From: Candidatus Ryanbacteria bacterium RIFCSPHIGHO2_02_FULL_45_17b
GTDB taxonomy: Bacteria > Patescibacteriota > Minisyncoccia > Ryanbacterales > 2-02-FULL-48-12
Direction of reading: 5' to 3'
Assembly (NCBI GenBank): GCA_001819815.1
Contig: MHNO01000009.1
Location: 460-64,459 of the forward strand
DNA length: 64,000 bases
Shown: positions 9,037-19,026 of the stretch, piece by piece
Layout of the letters: every line of letters begins with the position of its first letter
Numbering within the stretch: the stretch's first letter is position 1
Notes under the pieces: generated by a model
Databases searched by the model: none
Told to the model about the DNA's origin: nothing
Seen by the model: only the letters and a program-made list of their open reading frames with translations
Position numbers and translations under genes: made by a program

Positions 9037-10434
9037 ATGGAACAAAATCGTACCTATACCAAAGATATACTAAACAAGGAAGGCTCTGAAGTTACTCTCA
9101 TGGGGTGGGTTGATGTTCGGCGTGATCATGGGAAACTTCTTTTTATTGATCTGCGAGACCGCACGGGCACCGCGCAAGTGCTGTTTATGTCAAAAGATGC
9201 CGAACTCTATGCCAAAGCAAACACCCTGCGCCCCGAGTGGGTAATTCAAGTTACGGGCATAATCGGCAAACGTCCCGACGGCATGAAAAACACCGAGACC
9301 ATAACGGGAGATTGGGAACTCCAGGCAACGGAACTTATAATTTTAAGTGAAGCAAAAACACCACCTATCCCCCTAGACTCTGATGGCCGTGATATTGAAG
9401 AAGAGATGCGCCTCAAATATCGTTATCTTGATCTGCGCCGGCAACGCATGACACGAAACATTCGCCTTCGACATAAAGCAACCACACTGGTGCGAGAATT
9501 TTTGAATAATCAGGATTTTATTGAAATAGAAACACCCCTGCTCACTAAAACCTCGCCAGAAGGCGCGCGGGATTTTTTAGTTCCTTCACGCAAATACCCG
9601 GGTAATTTTTTTGCGCTTCCGCAGTCGCCCCAACAATATAAGCAACTGTTGATGATCGCAGGTTTTGAGCGCTACTACCAAATTGCGCGCGCGCTCCGTG
9701 ATGAAGATCCACGCGGAGACAGACAATACGAACACACACAAATAGACATAGAGATGTCTTTTGTAAACGAACAGGACGTGCGCGCAATTGCAGAAGAAAT
9801 GATGATACATGTGGTCGAAGGATGTGGAAAAAAAGTACTCCAAAAACCATTTCCTGTTTTTACCCATGAAGAAGCCATGAAAAAATTTGGCGCCGACAAA
9901 TTTGATCTGCGTACCGAAAAAGATCCCGATACGCTCGCGTTTGCCTGGGTGGTAGATTTTCCGCTATTTGATAAAGACGAAGAAACGGGACACATTACAT
10001 TTGCCCATAATCCGTTTTCCGCTCCCAAACCAGAACATGTAGAAAAACTGTTTGCCAGAGAAGATCTGGAGCACCTGTGCGCACAGCAGTATGATTTGGT
10101 CTGCAATGGCTATGAACTTGCCTCCGGGGGTGTGCGTATTTCTGACCCAATGATACAGCGAAAAGTATTCGAGATCATGGGGCTTACCCCCGAAGAAACA
10201 GAAGAGCGTTTTGGACACCTTATCGATGCATACAGCTATGGAGCACCGCCGCATGCCGGCATCGCACCTGGTCTGGATAGGCTTGTCATGATCCTCGCAA
10301 AAGAAACGGGCATCGCGGAAGTCATTGCATTTCCGAAAACAGGACAAGCCCGTGATCCCATGATGAACACACCTAGCCCTGCGTCAAAAAAACAACTGGA
10401 TGAGCTTGGCATAGAAATTAAAAAAACACCTTAA
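9037..10434 (+). CDS. aspS: aspartyl-tRNA synthetase (short form lacking the GAD insertion)
   Basis: Class IIb motifs FFALPQSPQQYKQLLM, FERYYQIARALRDEDPRGDRQYEHTQIDIEMSF, GGVRISD and PHAGIAPGLDRLVMIL. Confidence 0.9.
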   Translation: MEQNRTYTKDILNKEGSEVTLMGWVDVRRDHGKLLFIDLRDRTGTAQVLFMSKDAELYAKANTLRPEWVIQVTGIIGKRPDGMKNTETITGDWELQATELIILSEAKTPPIPLDSDGRDIEEEMRLKYRYLDLRRQRMTRNIRLRHKATTLVREFLNNQDFIEIETPLLTKTSPEGARDFLVPSRKYPGNFFALPQSPQQYKQLLMIAGFERYYQIARALRDEDPRGDRQYEHTQIDIEMSFVNEQDVRAIAEEMMIHVVEGCGKKVLQKPFPVFTHEEAMKKFGADKFDLRTEKDPDTLAFAWVVDFPLFDKDEETGHITFAHNPFSAPKPEHVEKLFAREDLEHLCAQQYDLVCNGYELASGGVRISDPMIQRKVFEIMGLTPEETEERFGHLIDAYSYGAPPHAGIAPGLDRLVMILAKETGIAEVIAFPKTGQARDPMMNTPSPASKKQLDELGIEIKKTP

Positions 10435-10438
10435 TCTT

Positions 10439-11158
10439 GTGTACGTTGTCCAAACAGATACATTTGAAGGACCTCTCGAACTCCTTCTTGACCTCATTGA
10501 AAAACAAAAACGTTCCATAAACGAAGTGTCTCTTGCCGCCATCACGGATGCATACGTAACAGAAGTAAAATCGCGAGCTTCCTTCGCACCTGATGAAATC
10601 GCTAATTTTTTGGTTGTTGCCTCGACGCTCATGCTTATTAAATCTCGATCGCTTCTGCCAAACCTCCCCGTCACTGATGAAGAAGAGTCGCACATACAGG
10701 AACTGGAAAATCGCCTTGCTCATTTGCACCGCGTGCGCGAACTTTCAGGGCATATATCAGAACGTGCGACCGGGGGAAACCGCATGTTTGAACGTACTGC
10801 TTGCTATGATCTTCCCGCGCTCTTTTACCCGCCCAAAGAAGTTACGCCGGTACTCCTCCATGAACGCATGCGGGCGCTTATGCGCGCATTGCCTGTGTTT
10901 TCTTCTGTGCGATTACCAGAAAAAACCCTACAACACATTATATCGCTAGAGGAAAAAATAAAAGAACTCATGACGCGCGTGGAGCAATCATTTACACACT
11001 CATTTCGGACATTCATGGGTTCGGTAACAGAAAAATCAGAAATTATTGTAAGCTTTTTGGCTCTTCTTGAGTTAGTGAAGCAAGGGCATATCGCTGTTGA
11101 TCAAGGTAACGCATTTGGGGATATCACCATCCAGCACAAACCTCAAACAACCACATGA
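10439..11158 (+). CDS. scpA: segregation and condensation protein A
   Basis: GTG start. FEGPLELLLDLIEKQK is the ScpA N-terminal signature. Followed by scpB. Confidence 0.8.
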   Translation: MYVVQTDTFEGPLELLLDLIEKQKRSINEVSLAAITDAYVTEVKSRASFAPDEIANFLVVASTLMLIKSRSLLPNLPVTDEEESHIQELENRLAHLHRVRELSGHISERATGGNRMFERTACYDLPALFYPPKEVTPVLLHERMRALMRALPVFSSVRLPEKTLQHIISLEEKIKELMTRVEQSFTHSFRTFMGSVTEKSEIIVSFLALLELVKQGHIAVDQGNAFGDITIQHKPQTTT

Positions 11159-11712
11159 TATCACCCAAAGAACAACTCCCATCCATTATAGAAGCGCTTC
11201 TTTTTGTTGCGGGAGAACCCTTGTCGATCTCTATGCTTGCAAAACATGCCGGATGCTCCGCGGGGGAAGTGAAGGAAGCAATCGTTTCATTAGAAAAAAT
11301 ATTCCAGACGCGCGGCATCAGAATTTTACAAAAAGATGAGCTTGTCTCACTCGTAACAGCAGCGCATCTTGCCTCATATGCAGAACAACTCATCAAAGAA
11401 GAATTGCTGGGCGATCTTTCAAAAGCCGGTCTGGAAACTCTTACCATTATTGCATACCACCATCCCATAACCCGCGCCGATGTTGATTATATTCGCGGTG
11501 TAAACTCTTCTTTTACGCTCCGTAGCCTTACCCAGCGAGGACTTGTTGAACGTCTATCCGCTGAAAGCGGAAGAGGATACCGCTACCAGCCCACAATAGA
11601 ATTTATGAAATTCTTGGGCATCACTTCATTTACGGAACTGCCGGAATTTGAAACTGTGCAAAAAGAACTTACGCGGGGGATTGAACAAGCGCCCCAAAAA
11701 GAGTCATACTGA
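11155..11712 (+). CDS. scpB: segregation and condensation protein B
   Basis: IEALLFVAGEPLS and YHHPITRADVDYIRGV...LVERL are ScpB wHTH signatures. Start overlaps the scpA stop (ATGA). Confidence 0.85.
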   Translation: MISPKEQLPSIIEALLFVAGEPLSISMLAKHAGCSAGEVKEAIVSLEKIFQTRGIRILQKDELVSLVTAAHLASYAEQLIKEELLGDLSKAGLETLTIIAYHHPITRADVDYIRGVNSSFTLRSLTQRGLVERLSAESGRGYRYQPTIEFMKFLGITSFTELPEFETVQKELTRGIEQAPQKESY

Positions 11713-11716
11713 ATCC

Positions 11717-12667
11717 ATGGGATCATCATTCCGATTTATTGTAGTTTGTTGCGCACTCACGGGAGGAGTACTGTTTTTAGCTCTGCCCATTAAACCATCG
11801 CGCACCAATTTGAACGAAGCTACATCATATGCCACCTTATTAAACGCCACCGATACATCCACGCGTGATGCTTCCAAAACAGGCTCATCTTCGCCGCCGC
11901 ATATTACGGCGAAGGCGGCAGTTATATATGATCCGCTGCAGAATGAATTTCTTTTCCAAAAAAACGCCGATGATCCTTCCGGTATCGCAAGTATTACAAA
12001 AATAATGACAGCAATCGTAGCGCTTGAACGCGTAGGAGAAAATGACATTATAGAAGTTCATACATCAGCAATCGAAACAGAAGGCGATGAGGGAGCACTC
12101 TTGGACGGTGAACATTTTACTCTCCATAACCTTATTATTCTTATGCTCACTGCATCAAGCAACGATGCGGCAGTTGCCATTGCCGAACACGTCGGATTTC
12201 TCCAGGGGGCTTCTTCCTTTGAAGAAAGTCAGAGAATTTTTGTGCGCCTTATGAATGAAACCGCAAAAAATAGGAACCTCAAAGATACACAGTTCCAAAA
12301 CCCTACCGGCCTTGATATTGATGAGACAGCAGGCATTGTAAGCAACGTGTCAACGGCGCGAGAAACGGCACAATTGATAGGATACGCGCTCCGGTATCCA
12401 CTCCTCTATACCATGAGTCCGACTCTCTCAACGCTCTTATCTGAAGAAGGCAATGTGCACATTCTTTCTCCTACTCATGTATTACTTATGAACGAGTCCG
12501 GGGTTATCAGCGGGAAGACAGGATTTACTGATATAGCAGGCGGCACGCTCGCGACAGTCGCAGAAATTCCTGTTGGCAAACTCTCCATTGTTGTTATCCT
12601 GGGTTCCACGCGCAATGACCGCTTTCAAGATACCTTGCATTTACTTGATTGGCTCCGCACCCAATGA
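11717..12667 (+). CDS. dacA: D-alanyl-D-alanine carboxypeptidase (S11, PBP5/6-like)
   Basis: Signal/TM N-terminus; SxxK motif in GIASITKIMTA; SxN in ASSND. Start chosen at the ATG after the scpB stop; the track ORF starts at 11648. Confidence 0.75.
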   Translation: MGSSFRFIVVCCALTGGVLFLALPIKPSRTNLNEATSYATLLNATDTSTRDASKTGSSSPPHITAKAAVIYDPLQNEFLFQKNADDPSGIASITKIMTAIVALERVGENDIIEVHTSAIETEGDEGALLDGEHFTLHNLIILMLTASSNDAAVAIAEHVGFLQGASSFEESQRIFVRLMNETAKNRNLKDTQFQNPTGLDIDETAGIVSNVSTARETAQLIGYALRYPLLYTMSPTLSTLLSEEGNVHILSPTHVLLMNESGVISGKTGFTDIAGGTLATVAEIPVGKLSIVVILGSTRNDRFQDTLHLLDWLRTQ

Positions 12668-13731
12668 ATACGCCAGACCTTACTGTTAACATCATAAAAG
12701 TGCTTGGATCAGCAGGAGCTGCTTTTTTTATCGCGCTTGCCCTTACGCCGCCTCTTGTGCGGCTCATGCAAAGCAAGAAACTTTGGAAAACACATAGCGG
12801 AAAAAAAGCGCTTGCGGGCGGGGAAGCAAAACTATTTAACGCATTGCATAATGAAACAAACACGCCGCGCGTGGGGGGCATTCTTATTTGGGTAAGCGTA
12901 CTTACATTATTATTTCTTTTCTGGAGTTTTGATACGCTCACAGATCACTCTGTTCTGGAAAAGCTTAATTTTTTCTCAAGATCTCAAACGTGGCTTCTTG
13001 CATTTACGCTTGCTGCCGCGTCGCTCTTGGGCCTTGCAGATGACATGCTTCAAATTTGGACATCGCGCCACCGCAAACTTTCCGGAGGCATCGACCTTGC
13101 CACACGGCTTGCGGCTGTTTCTTTGATCGCGCTTGTCGGCGCGTTTTGGTTTTATTTTAAGCTTGATTGGCGCACCATATATGTCCCCGGCATGGGGAAT
13201 CTCTTTATCGGCGCATGGTATATCCCATTTTTTGTACTTACCATGATAGCCACGTTCAGCGGCAGTGTGATAGATGGCATTGATGGCCTCGCGGGAGGCG
13301 TGCTTGCCTCCGCGTTCACTGCGTATGCCGGCATCGCGTTTTTTCAAAATCAAATAGATGTAGCCACATTTGCGGCGGCCATTGTGGGCGCGCTCCTTGC
13401 GTTTTTGTGGTTCAACATACCGCCAGCCAAGTTCTGGATGGGCGAAACCGGTATCATCGGACTTACGACGACGTTGACCGTAATAGCATTTTTTACCGAT
13501 TCCGTGCTCATGCTCCCGATTATTGCGTTCCCGCTTGTGCTTGCCAGTGCTTCGGATATTGTACAAATCACCGCGCGAAAATTATTTGGGAAAAAAGTTT
13601 TTCGCGTAGCGCCCATCCAACACCATTTTGAAGCGCTCGGCTGGCCGTCGCATCAAGTTACTATGCGTTTCTGGGTAGTAAGCATTGCCTGTGCTATCAT
13701 AGGAGTAGCGATTGCATTAGTGGGACGGTAG
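12649..13731 (+). CDS. mraY: phospho-N-acetylmuramoyl-pentapeptide transferase
   Basis: Polytopic membrane protein. GSVIDGIDGLAGG resembles NAINLIDGLDGLA. PIQHHFEALGWPSHQVTMRFW resembles PIHHHFE..GW.E..VV.RFW. Confidence 0.85.
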   Translation: MAPHPMNTPDLTVNIIKVLGSAGAAFFIALALTPPLVRLMQSKKLWKTHSGKKALAGGEAKLFNALHNETNTPRVGGILIWVSVLTLLFLFWSFDTLTDHSVLEKLNFFSRSQTWLLAFTLAAASLLGLADDMLQIWTSRHRKLSGGIDLATRLAAVSLIALVGAFWFYFKLDWRTIYVPGMGNLFIGAWYIPFFVLTMIATFSGSVIDGIDGLAGGVLASAFTAYAGIAFFQNQIDVATFAAAIVGALLAFLWFNIPPAKFWMGETGIIGLTTTLTVIAFFTDSVLMLPIIAFPLVLASASDIVQITARKLFGKKVFRVAPIQHHFEALGWPSHQVTMRFWVVSIACAIIGVAIALVGR

Positions 13732-13773
13732 TACCACGAAATACATAACATAAAACTATGTGTTCCATGTTAT

Positions 13774-15366
13774 ATGAAATATGATATTCTCATACAAAAT
13801 GGCACCATTGTGGATGGCAGTGGAAAAACTCCGCGCGCGGGATCAGTTGCCGTAAAAGATGGGAAAATTGCAGATATCGGCGCGCGCGTAAAAGGGGACG
13901 CAACAACTGTTATAGACGCCACGGGTCACATGGTCTCGCCGGGTTTTATAGACATTACCAACCATTCCGACACGCATTGGACGCTCTTTGACTACCCCTC
14001 GCAAGCAAGCATGTTGCGGCAAGGCATCACCTCCGTCATAGGCGGATCCTGCGGCACATCGCTTGCTCCGTTAGTCCACGGATCCGTGAACGCGAAATCA
14101 ATTCAGAAATGGGTTGATGTATCGCAAATCAATGTCAACTGGCTTCGCATGAAAGAGTTTTTTGAAGAACTCCAACGCCATAATGTAGGAGTTAATTTTG
14201 GAACTCTGGTAGGGCATGGCACTTTGCGGCGAAGTATTATGGAAGATGCCGTACGTCCTGCAAACATGGACGAAATTCAGCGAATGGGATATCTCCTTGA
14301 TCAGGCCCTTGAAGAACATGCATTTGGTCTTTCGTTAGGCCTTACATTTAGTCATGGGCGGCCAGCCACGGATGAAGAGCTGATAGAACTTGCCAAAATT
14401 GTCGCGGCCCGTGATCGCCTTCTTACCGTGCATCTGCGCGATGAAGGGAAAGATATTCTGCCTGCGATAACCGAGACATTACGCATAGCGCGCGCGTCTG
14501 GAGCGCGCACACATATTGTTCATTTCAAATTGCTTGGAAGAGACACATGGAATCAGTCTTCTCGCGCGCTTCATTTATTGCGCAGTGGCAGGGAAGAAGG
14601 TCTGGACATTACAATAAACACGTTTCCCTACCAGTGCACCGGATCACTTCTGTATACTCTTCTCCCTCCGACAAACAGGGATGGCGGGAAAAATGTAATC
14701 TTGCACCAAATAAAAAATCCACAGAGCCGGCGTCTTTTAATCGCAAATCTTCGTAATCTTACATTACATTACGATGCCATATTCATTGCTTCTGCCAAAC
14801 ATACGCCACAAATTACGGGAAAGTCTCTCAAGGAACTTGCCGAAGACTGGAACATAACTCCTGAAGACGCGTTTCTTGATGTCCTTATGGTGAACGATCT
14901 TGCCGTAACAATATATAGCAAAACAATCAATGAAAAAAATATGGAAGCAATCTATCGCGAGCCCTATGCATACTTTGCGACGGATGGCATAGGATATGAA
15001 ATACCAAACACCAACGATATCATGGCGCATAATGTGACACATCCGCGATCATTTGGCGCTACTGCGCAATTTTTAGGGCACCTTGTGCGCGACACATCTT
15101 TGCTTGCGTGGGAAGACGCGATATCAAAAATGACTCTTGCTCCGGCAATGCTTCTGCGCTTACAAGGCGACAGGGGATTATTAAAAAAAGGCGCGCCCGC
15201 CGATATAACGATATTTGACCCCGCTCATATACAAGACCTGGCCACATACCAAAACCCATTTCAATATCCCGTCGGCATACCATGGGTTATTGTAGGGGGT
15301 GTGGTTGCCGTACAAAACGGAGAACTCACCGAAAAAAGAGTTGGCGCCATTTTACTAGCCGGATAA
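13774..15366 (+). CDS. amidohydrolase-family protein (N-acyl-D-amino-acid deacylase / D-aminoacylase-like)
   Basis: ILIQNGTIVDGSG...VKDGKIADIG, then VIDATGHMVSPGFIDITNHSDTH (metal-binding region) and C-terminal PADITIFDP. Sits between mraY and ftsW. Confidence 0.7.
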   Translation: MKYDILIQNGTIVDGSGKTPRAGSVAVKDGKIADIGARVKGDATTVIDATGHMVSPGFIDITNHSDTHWTLFDYPSQASMLRQGITSVIGGSCGTSLAPLVHGSVNAKSIQKWVDVSQINVNWLRMKEFFEELQRHNVGVNFGTLVGHGTLRRSIMEDAVRPANMDEIQRMGYLLDQALEEHAFGLSLGLTFSHGRPATDEELIELAKIVAARDRLLTVHLRDEGKDILPAITETLRIARASGARTHIVHFKLLGRDTWNQSSRALHLLRSGREEGLDITINTFPYQCTGSLLYTLLPPTNRDGGKNVILHQIKNPQSRRLLIANLRNLTLHYDAIFIASAKHTPQITGKSLKELAEDWNITPEDAFLDVLMVNDLAVTIYSKTINEKNMEAIYREPYAYFATDGIGYEIPNTNDIMAHNVTHPRSFGATAQFLGHLVRDTSLLAWEDAISKMTLAPAMLLRLQGDRGLLKKGAPADITIFDPAHIQDLATYQNPFQYPVGIPWVIVGGVVAVQNGELTEKRVGAILLAG

Positions 15367-15379
15367 TATACGTTGGCAT

Positions 15380-16483
15380 ATGGTTGCTTCTCGCGCCCAT
15401 TCACCTGATTACAAACTTTTTATTGTTACCATTATTCTGGTATTGGTGGGCGTTTTCATGATCGCATCCGCTTCTCCTGTGATAGGCGAGACCCGATTTG
15501 GAGAAGTATATTTTTTCCTAAAAAACCAGCTCGTGGGGGTGGGGGTGGGAGCTGTAACATTTCTTGCAGGATGGCGCATAAAATATACCTTTTGGAAAAA
15601 AACAGCGCCGCTCATACTTGTCGCGAGCCTATTTCTTATGGCGCTCGTGTTTATTCCGGGAGTCGGCCTTGAATTAAAAGGCGCCGCTCGCTGGATAGAG
15701 CTGGGTCCTATTACCGTACAACCCTCCGAAATAACAAAATTAGCTTTCATCATCTACATAGCGGCGTGGCTGCAAGCGAAACAAAAAGATGTTAGAAAAT
15801 TTTCAACAGGGTTTCTGCCTTTTCTTGTCATGTTGGGCACCGTTTCTCTCTTTTTCATTCTACAGCCAGATATAGGTACATTGGGAGTTCTTGCGATAAC
15901 AGCCACTCTTTTATTCTTTGCGGGCGGTGGCAAACTTGCCCAGATTGGTATATTATGTCTTATAGGCATAGTGGGATTATGGATGATTGTATCATTACAA
16001 CCTTACCGGCTTGACCGTATTACGGTATTTTTGAGACCAACCGAAGATATCCAAGGAATTGGATATCAATTAAACCAAAGTCTTATTGCTATCGGTTCAG
16101 GCGGCTTTTGGGGTAAAGGATTTGGTATGTCCCAACAAAAGTTTTATTACTTGCCGGAACCTACCGGAGATTCTATTTTCGCGGTTTTTGGCGAGGAATT
16201 TGGTTTTATGGGCAACATCATCCTTATTATGCTGTTTCTTATATTCAGCTGGCGCGGTATACGTATTGCGAACCGCGCACCTGATTCCTTCGGCAGTTAT
16301 CTCGCAATGGGAATAACCCTGCTTATAGTCATTCAAGCGTTTATCAATATGGCTGCCATCAGCGGCCTGGTACCTCTTACAGGTCTTCCGTTGTCGTTTA
16401 TCAGTTATGGATCATCCGCGCTTGTAATAAACCTTGCGGCTGTCGGTATTTTAATGAATATTTCTAAATACACGCGCATATGA
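15380..16483 (+). CDS. ftsW: SEDS-family peptidoglycan glycosyltransferase FtsW
   Basis: 10-TM protein with PSEITKLAFIIY and GSGGFWGKGFGMSQQKFYYLPEPTGD. Synteny mraY-X-ftsW-murG. Confidence 0.8.
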   Translation: MVASRAHSPDYKLFIVTIILVLVGVFMIASASPVIGETRFGEVYFFLKNQLVGVGVGAVTFLAGWRIKYTFWKKTAPLILVASLFLMALVFIPGVGLELKGAARWIELGPITVQPSEITKLAFIIYIAAWLQAKQKDVRKFSTGFLPFLVMLGTVSLFFILQPDIGTLGVLAITATLLFFAGGGKLAQIGILCLIGIVGLWMIVSLQPYRLDRITVFLRPTEDIQGIGYQLNQSLIAIGSGGFWGKGFGMSQQKFYYLPEPTGDSIFAVFGEEFGFMGNIILIMLFLIFSWRGIRIANRAPDSFGSYLAMGITLLIVIQAFINMAAISGLVPLTGLPLSFISYGSSALVINLAAVGILMNISKYTRI

Positions 16484-17631
16484 AAATCGTTATGACAGGC
16501 GGAGGATCGGGAGGACATTTTACCCCTCTCCTTGCCGTTGCCAGAGAAATTCGCCGTATCGCGGATGAGGAAAAAATTGTCTCTCTTACTATTCTATATA
16601 TTGCCGACCAGCCATTTGATCCCGAAGCGCTTCGTATGGACGATATTCAATTTATTAAAATATCTTCGGGAAAAATGCGCAGATATGCATCATTATGGAA
16701 TATCGTCGACCTGTTTAAAACATGTTTTGCGCTTTTGAAAGCATTTTGGATACTGTATCGCGAATTTCCTGATGTTGTATTTAGTAAGGGGGGGTTTGTG
16801 AGCTTTCCCATACTTGCCGCCGCGCGTTTCTACGGCATTCCGGTAATCATACATGAATCTGACAGCGTCCCGGGACGCGTAAATGCATGGGCAGCAAAAT
16901 TTGCAGATCGCATCGCCATATCGTTTCCTGAAACATTGCAATATTTTCCCAAAGAAAAAACGGCATACCTGGGCAACCCCATACGCAGCAGAATTCTTGG
17001 CGGTAATGAAAATGAAGGCCTTGCTTTGTTCGCGTTGGAATCCCATGTACCTGTCATACTTGTTCTTGGCGGCTCGCAGGGCGCGCAATCAATCAATACG
17101 GTATTTCTTCAAATCGTAGGAGAACTTATAGAAACATGCCAAGTTATACATCAGACGGGGAAGAATAACTATACTGATGTTCTCAAACAAGCGTCCGTGT
17201 TATTGGAAAAATCCCCTCATCGCAGCAGATATCGTTTATTCCCGTTCCTTACTGAAGACCAACTCCGAAACGCTTCTCATCTCGCGCGCGTGATTGTTTC
17301 TCGCGCGGGAGCCGGTGCCATTTTTGAAATTGCCGCATGGGGCATTCCCAGTATTTTGATCCCGCTTCCCGAAGCCGCAGCCGACCACCAGCGCCACAAT
17401 GCCTACATGTACGCGCGAAATGGCGCTTGTAGCGTGATTGAAGAATCCAATCTTACGCCGACAGTTTTATTGAATGAAACACGAAAGATTCTCTCCGATG
17501 ATGAGCGAAGAAACCGCATGTCAGCCGCGGCGCAAAAATTTGCGCGCATTGATGCAGCGGAAAAAATAGCCCGGGAAGTCATACTCCTGGGTCTTCATAA
17601 GCAATCATACTATGGAAACAAAAGACCCTAA
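16480..17631 (+). CDS. murG: UDP-N-acetylglucosamine--LPS N-acetylglucosamine transferase MurG
   Basis: MKIVMTGGGSGGHFTPLLAV and GGSQGAQSIN motifs. Confidence 0.85.
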   Translation: MKIVMTGGGSGGHFTPLLAVAREIRRIADEEKIVSLTILYIADQPFDPEALRMDDIQFIKISSGKMRRYASLWNIVDLFKTCFALLKAFWILYREFPDVVFSKGGFVSFPILAAARFYGIPVIIHESDSVPGRVNAWAAKFADRIAISFPETLQYFPKEKTAYLGNPIRSRILGGNENEGLALFALESHVPVILVLGGSQGAQSINTVFLQIVGELIETCQVIHQTGKNNYTDVLKQASVLLEKSPHRSRYRLFPFLTEDQLRNASHLARVIVSRAGAGAIFEIAAWGIPSILIPLPEAAADHQRHNAYMYARNGACSVIEESNLTPTVLLNETRKILSDDERRNRMSAAAQKFARIDAAEKIAREVILLGLHKQSYYGNKRP

Positions 17632-19021
17632 AATCCGAACACGTTTCCCCCCGAGCCCTACCGGCTGGCTCCACGTGGGAAATGTGCGTACCGCGCTTTT
17701 TAATTATCTTTTTAGCCGCCATCACAACGGCGCGCTTGTATTGCGGATAGAAGATACCGACAAGGAACGGTCCCGTAAAGAATTCCAAGACGATATTACG
17801 GAGCAACTCTCCTGGTTAGGTCTTAGCTGGGATGAATGTTATCGGCAATCGGAACGTTTGGAAATCCATAAGACATATCTCCGGCAGCTTTTGGAATCGG
17901 GGAAAGCGTTTTATTGCGCGCACAGCAAAGAAGAGCTCGAAACGGAACACAAACGCCAAATGGAAGAACGGGCAATCCCGCGACACATATGCGGTCAACG
18001 AGACGAGGGGAGGGAATCAGGTGTTATTCGTTTACGAAACGATACGGACGTCACGCTTTCATTTGCTGATCGTATCCGCGGAGATATCACGTTTGATCCA
18101 CAGCTCCTGGGAGATATTTCCATAGCGCGGGAACTGGAATCACCTTTGTATAATTTCGTGGTCGTGGTTGATGATGCCGAAATGAATATAACGCATGTGA
18201 TCCGAGGAGAAGACCACATTCCAAACACTCCTAAGCAACTTCTCATCCAACAAGCGTTGGGTTTTTCTCGGCCTATCTACGCGCATCTTCCGCTTTTGTT
18301 GGGAGCTGATCGCTCAAAACTATCAAAACGGCATGGCGATACCGCTGTCCGCGATTATCGCGCAGCAGGATATATGCCTGAAGCGATAGTGAATTTCTTG
18401 GCGCTTCTTGGTTGGAACCCAGGCACAGACCAAGAACTATTCACTTTGGAAGATCTCGTAAGAGAATTTACATTGGAAAAAGTGCAAAAAGGAGGCGCGA
18501 TATTCAATGAGGAAAAACTTGCATGGATGAACCGCGCCTATCTGCGCAGTCTTTCAATCGAACAGCTTGCTTCAAATCTTACGCCATTCATAGAACAAGC
18601 AGGCAAGAAAGACTTGTCTACGGATTTTATAAAACGCATCGCGTATGTGGAAGCACCGCGCCTCTCGCGTCTAAAAGACGTAGAAACAAATCTTCCGTTC
18701 TATACGGAAACATCCGTATATGATTCCACACTCCTCCGATGGAAAGGAACGCAGGATTATACTGAAATTATCGGACACCTTAAAAACGTGAGACAATTAT
18801 TGTGCGACATTCCTGAAGCAGATTTTTATGACATGCATCATATTGAGGCCGTGATTATGCCCTATGCCACCGCGCATTCGAGAGGTAACGTGCTCTGGCC
18901 GCTTCGTGTTGCGCTCTGCGGAAGCGAAAAGTCGCCGGGGCCATTTGAGATCATATATGTTATTGGAAAAACAGAAGCATTGCAAAGAATAGACAAGGCG
19001 ATAAAACTTCTTGACACATAA
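17612..19021 (+). CDS. gltX: glutamyl-tRNA synthetase
   Basis: RFPPSPTGWLHVGNVRTALFNYL (HIGH variant HVGN) and KLSKRHG (KMSKS). Confidence 0.9.
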   Translation: METKDPKIRTRFPPSPTGWLHVGNVRTALFNYLFSRHHNGALVLRIEDTDKERSRKEFQDDITEQLSWLGLSWDECYRQSERLEIHKTYLRQLLESGKAFYCAHSKEELETEHKRQMEERAIPRHICGQRDEGRESGVIRLRNDTDVTLSFADRIRGDITFDPQLLGDISIARELESPLYNFVVVVDDAEMNITHVIRGEDHIPNTPKQLLIQQALGFSRPIYAHLPLLLGADRSKLSKRHGDTAVRDYRAAGYMPEAIVNFLALLGWNPGTDQELFTLEDLVREFTLEKVQKGGAIFNEEKLAWMNRAYLRSLSIEQLASNLTPFIEQAGKKDLSTDFIKRIAYVEAPRLSRLKDVETNLPFYTETSVYDSTLLRWKGTQDYTEIIGHLKNVRQLLCDIPEADFYDMHHIEAVIMPYATAHSRGNVLWPLRVALCGSEKSPGPFEIIYVIGKTEALQRIDKAIKLLDT

Positions 19022-19026
19022 CATAC

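Noticed and set aside
9545-10347. Four overlapping minus-strand ORFs (93-143 aa) inside aspS
   Set aside because: They are antisense to a confidently identified aaRS gene, have Cys/Ser/Arg-rich low-complexity translations, and lack an SD. These are shadow ORFs.
12976-13566. 196-aa highly basic minus-strand ORF inside mraY
   Set aside because: It is antisense to mraY, and its K/R/E-rich composition is typical of reverse-strand reading of a membrane-protein gene.
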